From NCBI GenBank assembly GCA_051294375.1, contig CM119266.1:18772087-18836086 (forward strand): a stretch of DNA of 64,000 nucleotides. The letters are read 5' to 3'. The translations under genes were made by a program, and so were the position numbers. Numbering within the stretch: the first letter of the stretch is position 1; each line of letters opens with the position of its first letter. Of the stretch, positions 11,666 to 25,060 are shown in pieces. This stretch comes from Paraspadella gotoi. Its lineage: Eukaryota > Animalia > Chaetognatha. The notes beneath the pieces are model-generated. The model worked only from the letters and a program-made list of their open reading frames with translations, was not told the DNA's origin and made no database searches.

Positions 11666-14600
11666 TTTATTTTTGGTAGAAAGTTAAGGTATCATAACAT
11701 AAGATCATAAGTGCATAATGTCAGTATATTTTATTTTGCTTCCATTAATTAATTATCATTTGTTTAAAAATGTTGTCTATCTCTAGTATGATTATTATGA
11801 AAACATTTTTATGAGAAGTTAATCTATAGATTTCATAAGGACAACATCAAATTTTTCGCTTCCTAATTGTTTTAAATAAATCAACTCGACAAATGAATAA
11901 TTTCTTAGGTTAACCCTACAACTGGACTAGTCAACCAAATCATTACCAAGCTCTCTATCTAACATAGTAAGAGGATCAAATGTGATTAGAGATAAATGCG
12001 ACTGAGATTGGAAGGTAATGTCTGCTTCTTGTGCATTTGTTTCATACTTTTGTAGTCACGTGGTAACATAGAAACGCTATCAGAATGTCAATGAAACATC
12101 GTTCGTCTAATACTTAGTTTTTTTTTGTTAATGATTGACGAATAAGTGATCATTGATCATCCTTAAGATGATTGTTAGACATATGTTTTATACTTGTGTA
12201 CAATGTGAAGTCACGAGATCATTAGGAAACGCGTTCATAAAATAAAGTCACGGAGTCGCGAAACCTTGAACCTGATGTTCTTCTAAGATTTTTTTTTTGG
12301 TAAAAGCGAAAAACGGAAACATAAAAAAAAGTGAGAAAAAAGTTTGTGAAATACTGAAGGAGATTTCCCTCTCTTCCTCAGTGAGAAAAAAGTAATAAAG
12401 AAGACAAAAGGGAAAATCGTGAGACTCGAAAAGCAGAAACGGAAGTCTCCTCCCACAGATTTTCTAGGGAGGGCTGAGGTTCTATTCGTCGTGAGCGCCA
12501 AGGCGGAGATAGGAGAAGAAAAGGGATGGACAAATTCGAGCGAGGAAGTCGCGCCACATCGTGAATATTTATTTCATGAGGCGACGCGTTTTTATATTTC
12601 AACGTTTTTTTTATGTTCGGACGAGGAGCGGTCTTTGAGAATAAAACTAAATATTAAGTGAAAAACTATTAATTCTTGGGTAAGAATTGTAGGAAATGGT
12701 CTATGTATTCCGACGGTGGTTTAATTATCTTTTGGTTTTTAGTTTTCGTAGAATGGAATCGAACAGAATAAGGAAACGGGGAACGAAAACTAACAGGAAA
12801 AGGAAATTGGCTGACAATCTATATTCCTGTTTTCGGAGGCTGCCAAAGGGCAACCCGATTTTTTTTTTTCTCCAAATATATCTGCGCCGATTTATAGATC
12901 AGATAAAAAAAGACAATCATTAGTTTTCGATTCCCTTTCGACAGTCTCCTTTCTCTGTCTTCTGCTTTCCTTTCCCTACTCTCCCTCGGCCCCTCGCTTG
13001 GCTGATGCTCCGCCTCAAATCTGACTCCAAATTGCGGTTTTCGTTTGGCCGATGACCCCAATCTGACTCACGCTCGACGCTAACGCTTCCTCGAGGTCAG
13101 ACTCTTCTTCTTCTTCTTTTTCTTCTTTATTATCATCATCATCATCTTCTGTCATCGTCATCAGGTTGACAAAAATCGTCGCTGAGGTTTTTTTCTTTTG
13201 ATTGAACTCCGATTAAGTTTCTCGAAATGAAACTCATAGGGAATCTAAAGCTCGAATCAACTACACAGCATTAGAGCGAAGTGATAGTTACGTATGAACA
13301 ATTTTGAAAATCAATTATCAAATTTTTTTGGTTTCTTATTTTTCGTAGTAAGCCATGAAATTGGCACAACCAATATAAAGATTATCCATTCTTTTAATCA
13401 ATGACTTTGAACCAGGCTTCCTAGATATCTACTATGAAATTAAAATAAAATGGCGGGCTACAAAACTTTAGTCTTGATGTCTACTTTCAGGTAAAAAAAT
13501 AATTTACAAAAAAATATAACTACAACTTTTGAAAATTCTTACGTTTTCCTGGTCAAAATTAATAAAAACTAATAAAATTATCGAAAGATGATGATGATAA
13601 TATTTTTATATTTTTTTAATTTTTCACCTACTTATGATCAAAATATCAAAAAAAGAATTATACTTTATACCTGAATAACTGTCTCAAGCTACCTGAATTA
13701 GATCTTAAAAAAATATATATAAAAACATTTTAACTTTCCTATCTATAAATAAAAGTTTAAAAAAAATTTGTTATCCTAATTTTTTTAATAATGTATAAAT
13801 TTTCGTTTAGCAGGAGCTCAATTGAGATAGGCCACCCCTTGCTTTAGCGTTTAAGGCCTCCATCACACTACAAGATAATGACATAGCAGGTCAAGACTCA
13901 CAGTCTCATTTATTCACTCCTATCAAGAAAGGTTTAATATTTCAAAGAATTTTTCAATTGTATGACAAGACCACACCCTAAAGTATAAGATCGGGGAATA
14001 CTATATTGTACTCTGCACTAGCACCAAAATACAAGGAGCTTAATTTTATAAAATTGGTATAACCATTCCTTATAACCGAGCCTGTGATGAAATGTGTTGA
14101 AATTTTTAAATAACAAAAAATAACTTTGAGACTAAAGATATTCTTTTACAGATTAAAAAAAAAAAGAGTTCTATTTCTTTTTAAGTCTTATTTTTTGTAG
14201 GGTCACAACTTAGGCGGGATGAACTGGTAGGAATACACGAATATAAGTATAGCAAGCCCAACTGAAATTAACTCTTAGATTCCCCTTAATATCGGGAAAA
14301 ATAAACAAATAAAAGAAAAAAAGGAATTTATATAATAAATGTATGCAAGAATAAAAAAAAGAAACAAAGCGGGTATATGTAATCAAAAATGGCAAAGGCT
14401 TCCTTTGTATTTCACCTACATTCCGTGTGACCCAATAACCTAAACCTCATCGTGAAAAGATTTTTTTGATCCAATTCCGAGGGTAAACGTCAACCTCTTT
14501 TCATTCCCTCCTTCCTATTTTTCTCTCGAAGAAAAAAGACAATAAAATGAGAGAATCTTACAATGAGCGACTGTTGCGTGAAGCTGAATTCAGCTTCCAT

Positions 14601-17083
14601 CAACAGTGACTCAAGGTCGCTATCTTTCGCTCTCTCTGTTCTCCTTACAATTTAATAAAAGTAATGAAGTATCTTGTCACCATTTAAGGAGAGTTCCTTT
14701 CAGTTTGCCCCATTTTTATGATGCAGACACTGAAATGTAAATGATGGCCTCTCTTTCTCTCTCTCTCTCTCTCGTATCGAGGCAGATCTTTTGTGTCTTG
14801 TACAACCTCGACTTCTTTCTGTCCATGATTTCTCGTATTTCTTTCCTCCTTTTTTTCCCATTTTTTTTTCTGTTAAAAAAAAACGAGGGAAAAGACACGC
14901 AAGGGACGAAGGAGTGTGCGAGCCGAGCAAGAAATCAGTGGTGTGTGTGATAGTGTGTGTGTTTGTGTGTGTGAGGAGAGAGAGAGAGATTCCCATTTTC
15001 TCTCTTTCTGTCGTCATCTTTTCCGTCGTGGTCTACGTTGCGTTTTCTTCTGACGCGGCCGGAGAGTATCAGCAGTTCCGCTGCCCCGCAGCCCCGCAGC
15101 AGATGGAAAGCGCAGCGCGTTACTCGCCGAGCCTTCTGATTGGTCGAGCGACGCGACCTTGGCGACGCTTAGAAGAAGGAAGAAGACGAAACATGGATGA
15201 GGAGAGGAGAATAAAGAAAGAGGATAATTCGAAGGAGGAGGAGGAGGAGGAAGCTGCGCGAAGATGATGAGGCCCTCAACACTCGTTGCTCGACAACAAA
15301 AACCCAAAATGAAAGAAGTTGGAGTGAAGGAAAGGAGGAAGAGCGAAAGAGGACGGAAGAGCGAAATAGACGAAGGAAACGGAGGAAACAGCAGGCTGCG
15401 TAAGACGACGATTATAACGACGACGCTTTGCAGAAGTGTCAAGATTCCGGAATCGGTGGAATCGTGGTTTCCCACTGCAGCGGAGTACATATCCGGCCTT
15501 TCAAGACTTCTTTATGTGGCGAACGTTGTTGTTCTTCAGGCCGTTTTTATATGAAATTGGTACAACCGATATAAAAATTAGATATATATACGATAGTGTA
15601 TAGTGTCATCGTGTCGTTGCATTGATCATCATTACAAAATGGAGGAACTTTGATGTTCGCATAGAAACGAACGATGCGTCAATGAATTGGACGACAATTC
15701 GGTCGGAGATGCGGCGATAATCGGGCCAAGTCTCCCCTTCCTGTTCGTCGTCCTTATCATCGACGTCGTTGTTAAAGGGTGAAAGAAAATTGGGGCAAAA
15801 CTCTGGGATTAAAAAGTTGGGGTCGTCGCCATCAGAAGACTTTGTGAATGGAGGAAGGGACGCGAGAAGAATGGGATTTTCACAGCGGAAAGGATCAGAT
15901 GCAATGTTAAAAAAAAAAACAAAAAAAAAACTGGGTTTAAGAAGAGATAAAGTTGTATGTACTTGTATTGGCTTATTGGGTTTCTGGAATAATCTTTAAA
16001 AAAAAACTATAGATCAGGAAGCGATTTTTTTAAACTATGTGGATCTCCACTGTGCACTAGAGTGGAGCTCTCGTGAACAAAAATTTTATTCATGAGAACA
16101 AACAAGGATATTTCGACGTGAGATAGTATGATTATCGAGTACAAAAAATATTTTGTTCAGATTGTCAAAAAAATATAATATATTTATAATAATATCATTA
16201 TAAAATATGAAATTTTCAAATGAATTTTTTGAAGTTTTTTATAACAGATTCCGAAAAAGTTATACCAAAAATATAAAACATGTTATCAAAAATTTCTATG
16301 TCCTCAGCGTCAAAAACGAAAAAAAGGTCAAAATTCTTCACTTTTTCATGCTCTGTAGTAGAAACTATTATATGATGAAACGTTTTACTCATTTTTCGCA
16401 GCTGTAACATCAAAATATCGTAAAACATGTTTTACAAAAGTTTCTTAATTTAAAATCGAGTAAAGAGCTATAGGACAACAAAATCGATTGTTACAAAAAA
16501 AATGCAGAGGGAAAATTAGTTGTAATCAAAAATGTATAAAAATATAAAAAATGTTTATAATATGAAATTGGCCGAACAAATTCAGCATCAAATATCTCTA
16601 GGGACAGGTGTCAACCATTTTTAACCTAAATCAAATTAAAACAAGTGGAGAAACAATATGGAAAAACAATCTTTTAATAATAAGGAAAACGCAGTTAAAT
16701 GATAACTTACCCCAAAGCTTTTTAACATGCAAAAATGTTTTTCATGGCTTCTCGTGTTAAAGCAGCTAATATGAACCCTTAAAAATATATTAAAACTTAA
16801 TATTTTATATTTGTCCTTAAATTTATTATTTTTTTTATTTAAATATAATTAAAAAAATAACAAGTTTCTAGGATTTATTATTTAGTAAGGCGAATGAAAG
16901 TTGCCGATTAAAATTTGAATAGTTGATACTATAGAACATTGATATAGTATAAAAAATTGTTTTTTTAATTTTTCAATTTTAGCCCATATTTATACATAGT
17001 ACTCGCCATAGAAAATATCAAAATTTAAAACAAGTTTTTTCTTTTTTATAAATTAGATTCGAATTCCTCATAAAAATTTGATT

Positions 17084-17859
17084 AAACAAGTTTGAGCAAA
17101 CAATGTCGGATCTGCCCACAATCATTATCGGTAATTAATTAATTCAAGTTAAATAATTAATTAATTAGGTAATTAATTAATTAATTTGATCCCAAATGTT
17201 TGTTTTTAGGTCTTTTCGTCACTAACCACGACAAAAGCAATGACGATGATTAGAATAATGCCGATAACGATTGACATGATTAATTATTGATAAATTAATT
17301 GACTAATTAACTTATTAATTATTTGATTAATTAATACATCTTGCATTTACATTTAATATGAAAAGAAAAGAATAATCAATTGGTAAAACAGGTTTTTTTT
17401 TAAATTTTAACTCATTTCCACTCAAACGATTCCATCGAAACTTAATTTCCAGCTTAATCACTCACTTTCCTACCCACTACAAAATTTCAGGTCAATTGCC
17501 CCATCCACTTATGAGTAATTGGTGTTCAAATAGTGAAATATATTTTTTTGTTTTTTTTCCATTTAAACTCATTTTTACTTGGACGATTCCATCGAAACTT
17601 TATATCCAGCTCAATCACACACTTCCCTGCCCACATACAAAATTTCATTCCAATCCATCCATACAATCACGAGTAATTGGAGTTTAATGCTAAGGTGGGA
17701 CGGACGGACGGACGGACAGACAGACGGATGGATGAACATAATTTTTTTTGCATAATTTATCATAATTCGATGTTCTGACATGATATAAGTGAGTGCCCGA
17801 CAAGATTGAGGGGGCGGACCGACGGACCAACAAAGTGAATTAAAGATCCGTCTAAAAAT
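17084..17859 (+). mobile_element. Helentron/HINE-like non-autonomous element, copy A
   Basis: 5' motif GTCGGATCTGCCCAC, internal duplicated block, (GGAC/AGAC)n microsatellite, 3' AGATCCGTCTAAAAA. Homologous to 21318-21831 and 38425-38915. Confidence 0.65.
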
Positions 17860-18241
17860 CATATGACATTGGTACAACCAATATAAAAATTGGCACCCCC
17901 TCAAAAAATTATCCATTCTCACCCCTTTCTGTGCAGCCTCTTAGATTTTTCTATTATGACTTTCTCACAGGAATGATGTGTGTTATCTATTAGAAAACTA
18001 GGATAGATAACATTGTGTTGTATAGATGCTCCATCTACCTCCCCCTCCCAAAATGAGTAAAACAATTTAAAAAAAAGCAATATATATATAATCAAATAAT
18101 ATAGATTAAATAGTAAAACATTCATAAAATATAAAAATATAAGATAATGAAACAAGTAATTTTGCAAATTTTCATTAATTGGCAATGCAGTTTACTATGA
18201 AAAAGATTTTTAGCGAGAAAATATTTTTGATCTTGACATAG

Positions 18242-21046
18242 TTATCTTTTTTGCGAATTTGTTGGTTCGTAAGTGCACAGTTTCTTCATTAACCTTCTTG
18301 TTGTCACCTTTTTTCGTTGAATTATAACAGCCATGATTATGAGAATTAAGAGAGCAATGGACTGAATGAAGAAAATACATTTATTACAAAATAGTTAGGT
18401 CCACAAAAATTACATATAAATTATGTATCTCACATGGGACACGGAAATCCCTGCCCAAATAATGCCGTAGTCCCTCGATGACGGTTTTACGGATGCTGAA
18501 GTACTTTCCATAATCTTTGAGAGAATATTCGGAACGGCCAAACCCGATAAACCACAAGCAACAAAAATCCACGAGGTTGCTGCACCTAAGTCTGACCCAT
18601 AAATGTCGGCTAAAACCGTCCAAAATATTACTGACCTGAGGTTTTGTTAAAAAATTAAAGAGATTTTAGAGGAAAAAAAAACTTGGAAAATAAATAAAAC
18701 TACTAACCATCCTCCAAAATGAAAACCGGTGATTGTAAAGGAAGCAATCAAACCGCCATAAGATTTAACATAGGGGATGATAGCATTAGTAATCACAGGA
18801 ATCATTTCATTTATTATGAAGAAATAAAAGCGGTTCTCTTCTACCAAACGATGAGGAATGTTCATTAGCAAACTGCGGAAATTGAAATTATTCATGTTCC
18901 TGTGGTGTTACTTGATGATTAATATTTAAAAAAAAAAATGACATCCAACATTTTCCAGAATTTAAAGCCTAATTGTACTTGTTCAAGTTCATAGCTATTA
19001 GCAATTTTATTCTCCTACCTGTAAATAATTGTTCCAGCTAAATCACCTACAGCAAAGAATGTCAGAACCTCAGCCGATCTCGAACTATTTCCAGATTGAT
19101 AAATCTCCGTGATAGGTAATAAACTTGGGTAAGTCAGATTCTGAAAAAAATAGAAAATTTAAAAAAAAATCAAAGGATAAACTTTATTAAATAATGTTAT
19201 CATACACAGTTACACACCCTCATTGTTTCTTCCACATTTATTTCAATATAGGGCGCAGCAAAAATGGTAGGAGAAATAAATGCTCCAAAATGGAAAACAA
19301 TATAGAGGATAAAGAGAGGATAGATACGGTGTCTCCAGACAAAAAGGTTCAATGCGCCACCCCAGTAAAGAAACAAAGATTTCCAAGTCGTTTTCATATA
19401 AGTTTCGAGAATTCCTTTGGATGCTTGGCCGTTTGAATCCTGTCGGATATAGTTTTTCAATTCTATTTTCTTTATTTGTAAAAAAGATATGGTTCTCTAT
19501 TATGTTTGCCAGATGGTTTACATTTTTTTCACTTGTCTCAGTTTAAATTACGTTCAAGTTTTCTTACCATTTTTTCATCTAGAATTACTGGTCTCATAAT
19601 GATACTGATAAAAGGGATGACAAAGAGCATTGCACCGAAGAGCATAAAACCAGTTCGCCATCCACTTGGACTTCCACCACCTGCATTGCGAGCTAAAACC
19701 AGAAGATGGGGCATCACTATTCCTAAAAATCAATATTTTTTTTTCATTTTAATATGTAATTACTAAAATGTGTCACAGAAAAAAATTTCGCACCGGCCAC
19801 AGTCATCCCTAAACTTGCAAACCCAGTCGCCACCGGCCGGAGCTTCTTGGTAGCATTAGCAAGGGCGACGCACGAAGTTTGGAAGACGAAGGCCTTGCCG
19901 ATATTAGCGACACCAACAGCGATTATCAGAGCGCCAATACTTGGAGCGATGGCACCAATAAAGAAGCAGCCCGCTGAAGATTGATTTTACTTATTGAAAC
20001 TTATTGGTAAGCAGGATATGAATTTTATTTTGTAAGTTACTTGGGTGCCTATTATGTCACTGCCACTCACAATAAAAATAAACATGAAATTTAGAGTACA
20101 AAAGAATATTTTCTCACAAAAAGTATTATGGCACTTTTAACTTACTAAAAATAAGAAAGTTAATCCATATTACCATCATCATCTTATCAACTCATTTTAT
20201 ACCTGCAACACTACCGCCCATGGCAATCACGAGGCGTTGGTCGACCCACGTTGTGACAATTGTTGCAACGGGACAGAAAAATGGAGGTACAGCATATGCA
20301 CATGATGCAACCCAGCCAGCAGTAGCTTTTAACAAAGAGAGTCGAACAATTCAAACGTTATGTATCCCTAGTAAAACATACAATTCTACTTTGTAGTCTT
20401 AACCCTCAACAATAACGAATCATAAATAACCTTAATCCCATAACAAATTATCCTCTCCACCCCTTTCTATTCATACTTTTAGATATTATCTAATCTAATC
20501 TTATCTAATTAGAAAACAAGGGCAGAAAGTAACTTTTAACCTCGTGTTGTAAAGATGCTCCCTCTATTTTCAGAAGACAACACTAACATCCCTCTCCCAT
20601 AACATTATAAAAGAATATACTTTATATAAAAAATATAATTAAATCTAATATATAGTGAAATTTATTTAATTTTTACATTTATTTTTAAATTTTAATATAA
20701 AATTTTAAAGTCTCATATAGTATAAAAAGTAATCTTGCAATGTTTCATAACTAAATAACTAATTGATTGGGTAGAAGATTCAAATAGATCAAAACTAATC
20801 CACAGTTAGCGGTGTCAAAGTGTTGAACCGTCAAGGTGACAAACTTACAGAAAGAGGAACAGACATTCCTAGACAATAGACATACCCACTCTTACCCACT
20901 GTGGTGTCAAAGTCCTTCACCCAATCTTCGATAAAAAACTGCAAATTCCTTGTGAATCCCACAGTGACAAAAAAAACGAAAAAATGTCCAAAAGTGAGGA
21001 GACCCGCAGCGGGGGAGTCAACGGCGATTGGAGATAAGATGTTCAT
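18242..21046 (-). CDS. SLC16/monocarboxylate transporter-like MFS permease, 9 exons, about 489 aa
   Basis: Exons 21046-20896, 20325-20203, 19973-19794, 19722-19568, 19469-19218 (acceptor uncertain), 19140-19019, 18872-18708, 18635-18434, 18361-18242. All introns are GT-AG with compatible phases. Motifs DFDTTVATAGWVAS, FCPVATIVTTWVDQRLVIAMGG, KKLRPVATGFASLG, GWRTGFMLFG..IMRP and VLADIYG match the SLC16 pattern; many hydrophobic segments. Confidence 0.8.
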
Positions 21047-21317
21047 GTCGATTGAAGAGTTCAATGAACTATAAGAAATGATGTGAATATTGAGAGGCGC
21101 GGACAAAAAGAGAAAAACCGACTAAACTGGTTTCATAAGGTTGCGGAAAACTGGATTTGGTTAAGATAACCGGATAAGAAACTTCCTATTTCTCTGCAAG
21201 CTTTGTAGTGTCTAAATCGTGTAGATAAAGCTCAAGTATGATTCTGCAAAAATATCATGAATGTATACATTTTATATCTAACAGATATTAATTTTTTTAT
21301 GGAACTCAACTCAACTC

Positions 21318-21831
21318 AACATAAGTAGCTGACAATGTCGGATCTGCCCACGATCATTATCGGTAATTAATTAATTAATTAATTTGAGTTAATTATTTAA
21401 TTAGGCAATTAATTAATTTGATCCAAAATGTATTGTTTTTAGGTCTTTTTGACACTAACCACGACAAAAGCAATGATGATGATGAGAATAAAGCCGATAA
21501 CGATTGATTTGATTTATTGACTGATTAATTATTTGAATAATTAATACTTTTTGCATTTATATTTAATATGAAAAGAAAAAAAAGCATAATCAATTAGTGA
21601 AACAGGTTTTTTGTTTTTGTTTTTGTTTTTTGTTTTCCACTCAAACTATTCCATCGAAACTTGATTTCCAGCCTAATCACACACTTTCCTACCCACATAA
21701 AAACAATTCAAGTCAATTGCCCCATCCACTCTCGAGTAAGTGAATGACCGACAAGATTGGTGGGCTGGACAGACGGACCGACAAAGTGAATTATAGAGTC
21801 GGAATCTGCGATATGCAGATCCGACTAAAAA
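21318..21831 (+). mobile_element. Helentron/HINE-like non-autonomous element, copy B
   Basis: 5' GTCGGATCTGCCC and 3' hairpin AGTCGGAATCTGC-GATAT-GCAGATCCGACT followed by an A tract; strongly similar to copy A. Confidence 0.7.
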
Positions 21832-22169
21832 AGAGAAGGTAAAGTTTCTGTTTTTTTGTCCTTTTTGTCATTGTAAACTGAAGAGCCTTATGACTTCCGC
21901 CTAAAACGGGTCCCCCAACGGAAACCTATGAAATTTTTTTTTTGGGTGTCTCGATGATCAATTGATGGACTCTTCGCCGTTTCTGCCCTCAGGAAAAATC
22001 TTACATGTGGAGGGAAATGAAACGGCTACCTTTTTTTTCAAGGAGATTCCGACTTAGAATCGAGAACAAAGAGAGATCGAGAGAAACGGAGGGAAAGAGA
22101 GAAGAGTAAATGGATTTGGTACAGGTCTTTCATTGGGTAAATTCGGGAAGAAAATATGAAAAAAAAAAC

Positions 22170-22345
22170 TTAGACGAGAAGTAAAGTAAATAATGATTTA
22201 TTTACAACAACGATTATATTAGTGATCGGACAAAGCGCTTATAAATAAAAAAGCCGAAACGTGTCCGATCACTTATATTATCGTTGTTGTTAATAAATAT
22301 ATTATTTACTTTACTTCTCGTCTAATTTCAAATACAACGAAGCGA
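22170..22345 (+). mobile_element. Penelope-like inverted-repeat remnant with a partial hammerhead
   Basis: Arms at about 22170-22231 and 22263-22325. AAGCCGAAACGTGTCCGATC is present but the CTGANGA half is missing; ACAACGAA tail as in the other copies. Confidence 0.6.
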
Positions 22346-23986
22346 AAGAAACTGTACAATGAAAAAAATAGGGCGGGACATGTTAAAAACTACAAATTCA
22401 AAGCTACAAGTTTTAATTATGGAAAGATAACAAAACATGATTATACTTATATATATTTATAAAATTTTTAGCAGTCTAAATCATAAAATACTATCAATCA
22501 TATATCATTTTATATTATATCACTATAATATCGAGATTATGATGGTAATAATGAAAAAACTTAATAACTTCGTAATTATTCAATTCCGTTATAAAAATCA
22601 AAATTTCTGAAAACATTTTTTGGCATAAATAGTTTTAATATTCTGTTCTAATTTTATTTTAACGAAGGACGAAGGAACCGAAAATGATAAAAAGTGTCTT
22701 AATGTTCAAATTCTCTTTTTTTACTAAAGAGCGAAACAAAGAGAGAAAAAGAGAGAGACAGAGAGAGAGAGAGAGAGAAATTGTTTTCCCGCCACGTGCC
22801 ATCCTGACTTAAATCTCGTTCTCTCGAACCTGGGGCATCTGACCCCAAGTGGATATCTTCGACCTTTTTCCAATCAGATTCGCGACCAGCCCATGGAGCC
22901 CATGAAACCCATGGAAAATGAGGTCACCGGAGGCCATCTGCCCTTTCACCTTTCTTTTCTAGCCTTCCTCTCGTTCTCTCTCTCTCTCTCTCTCTCGCTC
23001 TCCCTCTTAGCCGAAAATGTTGCCCGGCATTTCTGACGAAAAGTCTCCTCCTCCTTTTCTCCCGCGAGGGGGCGAAGTCCCCACCTCCAACTGGTAGGGT
23101 CCACCCTCGCCAGGCGCGCCCGTCCACCTTCTCTGCGGGAATCAATCGATCAAAGGCGCCTGACGACGACTCTCTTCGAACTTAGCTTTTTCAACCACAA
23201 AATTCGTTTCGGCTCAGTTACCTTTTTTTTTATCAAGCGAGGGTTTTAATTTTTTAAATAATTGTTAATTTTAAAAGGCCTTTTCTCCTTTGTTTATTTT
23301 TCTCAAACTTCTTTAAATATTTTTAAAATTTGTCTTATTTTCCTTTTATATTTAGTTATGTACTTATAAACATATACTTCGTCAATTCATTTAATTTTTT
23401 AGACTTCTCAACAATATTTCGTAAACAAAGAAGTGTCATTTTTTTCCTTATTTTCCATAAAACAAGATTTTCTGCTTGGTTTAAAAATTTAGCAATTATT
23501 GCTCGCTACGATCTCACTGTTCTTTCTTTATCTTTGCTGTTTCTCTTCCATTTTACGACCGTCTTTTACCCTACCCTAACTTGAGCACAGTTCCCTCCCA
23601 GAGGTCATCTTTCGAGCTGCTTTCAAATTCAGGCGAAATTTCCATCTTCTTATCTTCCCCCCTTTGACCTCTCCTTTTTCTCCCATGACGCGAGCATCCC
23701 ACTTCCCCCACTTATTTCAATGCCCTTTGACTTCTTATTTTCAAAGCCGCCAGAGACCCGGATGTGCCTCACCCTCCCCTTGATATTCCCTATTTCTCAA
23801 ACCATAATGATCATGGGTCTTAGTTCCAACTCCGCCCACGTATTTTGCAACAAACGAATCCATATTTCTATCTCATCTTTTTTTTCGACGAAGCGACGTG
23901 TGATGTTGAAAGACAAATCACGTTTTGTTTTTTTTTTTTGTACTCACTTCACCCGTTAACCGGGATAACCATTTTTTTTAAATTTT

Positions 23987-24088
23987 AGATTGACCTCGGG
24001 TTTTTTAGATGATGAAATCTGAAAACCATTTTACTTTTAGAATGACCTCGGGTTTTTTAGATGATGAAATCTGAAAACCATTTTACTT
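23987..24088. repeat. About 52-bp tandem duplication
   Basis: TGACCTCGGGTTTTTTAGATGATGAAATCTGAAAACCATTTTACTT occurs twice. Confidence 0.85.
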
Positions 24089-24177
24089 GTTACACTATAT
24101 ATTTAAAAGGGTTATGCAATGTCAACGGTTGTTATATAAGTCGACCTCACATATCAATATCATTCCCTCAGTTGAAA

Positions 24178-24320
24178 CCCGGTGGCAAATTGAATAAAGC
24201 CCTTAGCTCACGGCCATTATGCACCGGGTTCGAGCCTAACCCGGTACCTGGGGAAGTGCGAGGGCGGTCGTAAACTGCTTGAAGAACCCCTAAGCCCGGG
24301 ATCCGTTCCATACCTGTTTT
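24178..24320 (+). mobile_element. tRNA-derived SINE-like element
   Basis: A-box-like GGTGGCAAATTG and B-box GGTTCGAGCC, then CTAACCCGGTAC..GGAAGTG shared with an inverted copy at about 50850-50930. Confidence 0.55.
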
Positions 24321-24351
24321 AGGGGTTGCAGAAAGTAATTTTCAGTTTAAA

Positions 24352-25060
24352 CGAGGTAAGTAGGGTAAGGATATATATGGGTAATAGGGAGACGGGTATA
24401 TCAAAGGGGGCATAAAAGGGGAGAGATAAAATTTGTTTGTTAAAATTGAAGACCTTTTTTATTTTTACATGAGAACATTTGGAAAAAAAATAGGGTGGGT
24501 TGGAAGACTTTATTGCTTAGCCGGTTAGTCGGTAGAGCAGGAAAACTTAATCCTGGGGAAGGTTAAACTTTGGGGAGATCCTGATTGGGCGCCACTCTGA
24601 AAGTATGCTCTCGTCAAAGAAAAGAGGTAAGTAGGGTGAGTATGTATATTGGTATTAGGGAAATAGGTACAGCAAGGGGAAAACTAGGGTATATAAAAGG
24701 GGGAGAGGGGAGAAGGAAGGTTCGTGGACCCCAAGACCATGAGAAGGGGGGGAGAGAGTACCCAGGATAGACAGAAGCCCTGGCAGTAAGTGGAGCCTCT
24801 ATCCTGGCTGATCTTCCCCTCCTCATTCCCTCGTCATCCACTCAGACGGATCAGGTCTTGGAGATCAAACATCACTTCTCACGTCTCTTGGAGTCTCGGG
24901 ATCAACGAACAGTTTCTCTCCCATCATATGTACCCTTGTAACCTTTGATATACCTGTATCCCTAATACCAATATATAATTATATATCCTCAACCTACTTA
25001 CCTCTTTTTCCTGCCGAGAGCATAGAGCCTTACTATAGCTAGATACATACCTTCAGAGGC
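24352..25060. mobile_element. Foldback element with one direct and one inverted copy of the terminal repeat
   Basis: GAGGTAAGTAGGGT..TATT/AATAGGGA block at about 24352-24425 and 24621-24710, inverted at about 24916-25025. Confidence 0.6.

Noticed and set aside
24520-24560. Functional tRNA genes (also 27759-27830, 56400-56450)
   Set aside because: Arms are incomplete or mispaired; treated as SINE- or LTR-derived.
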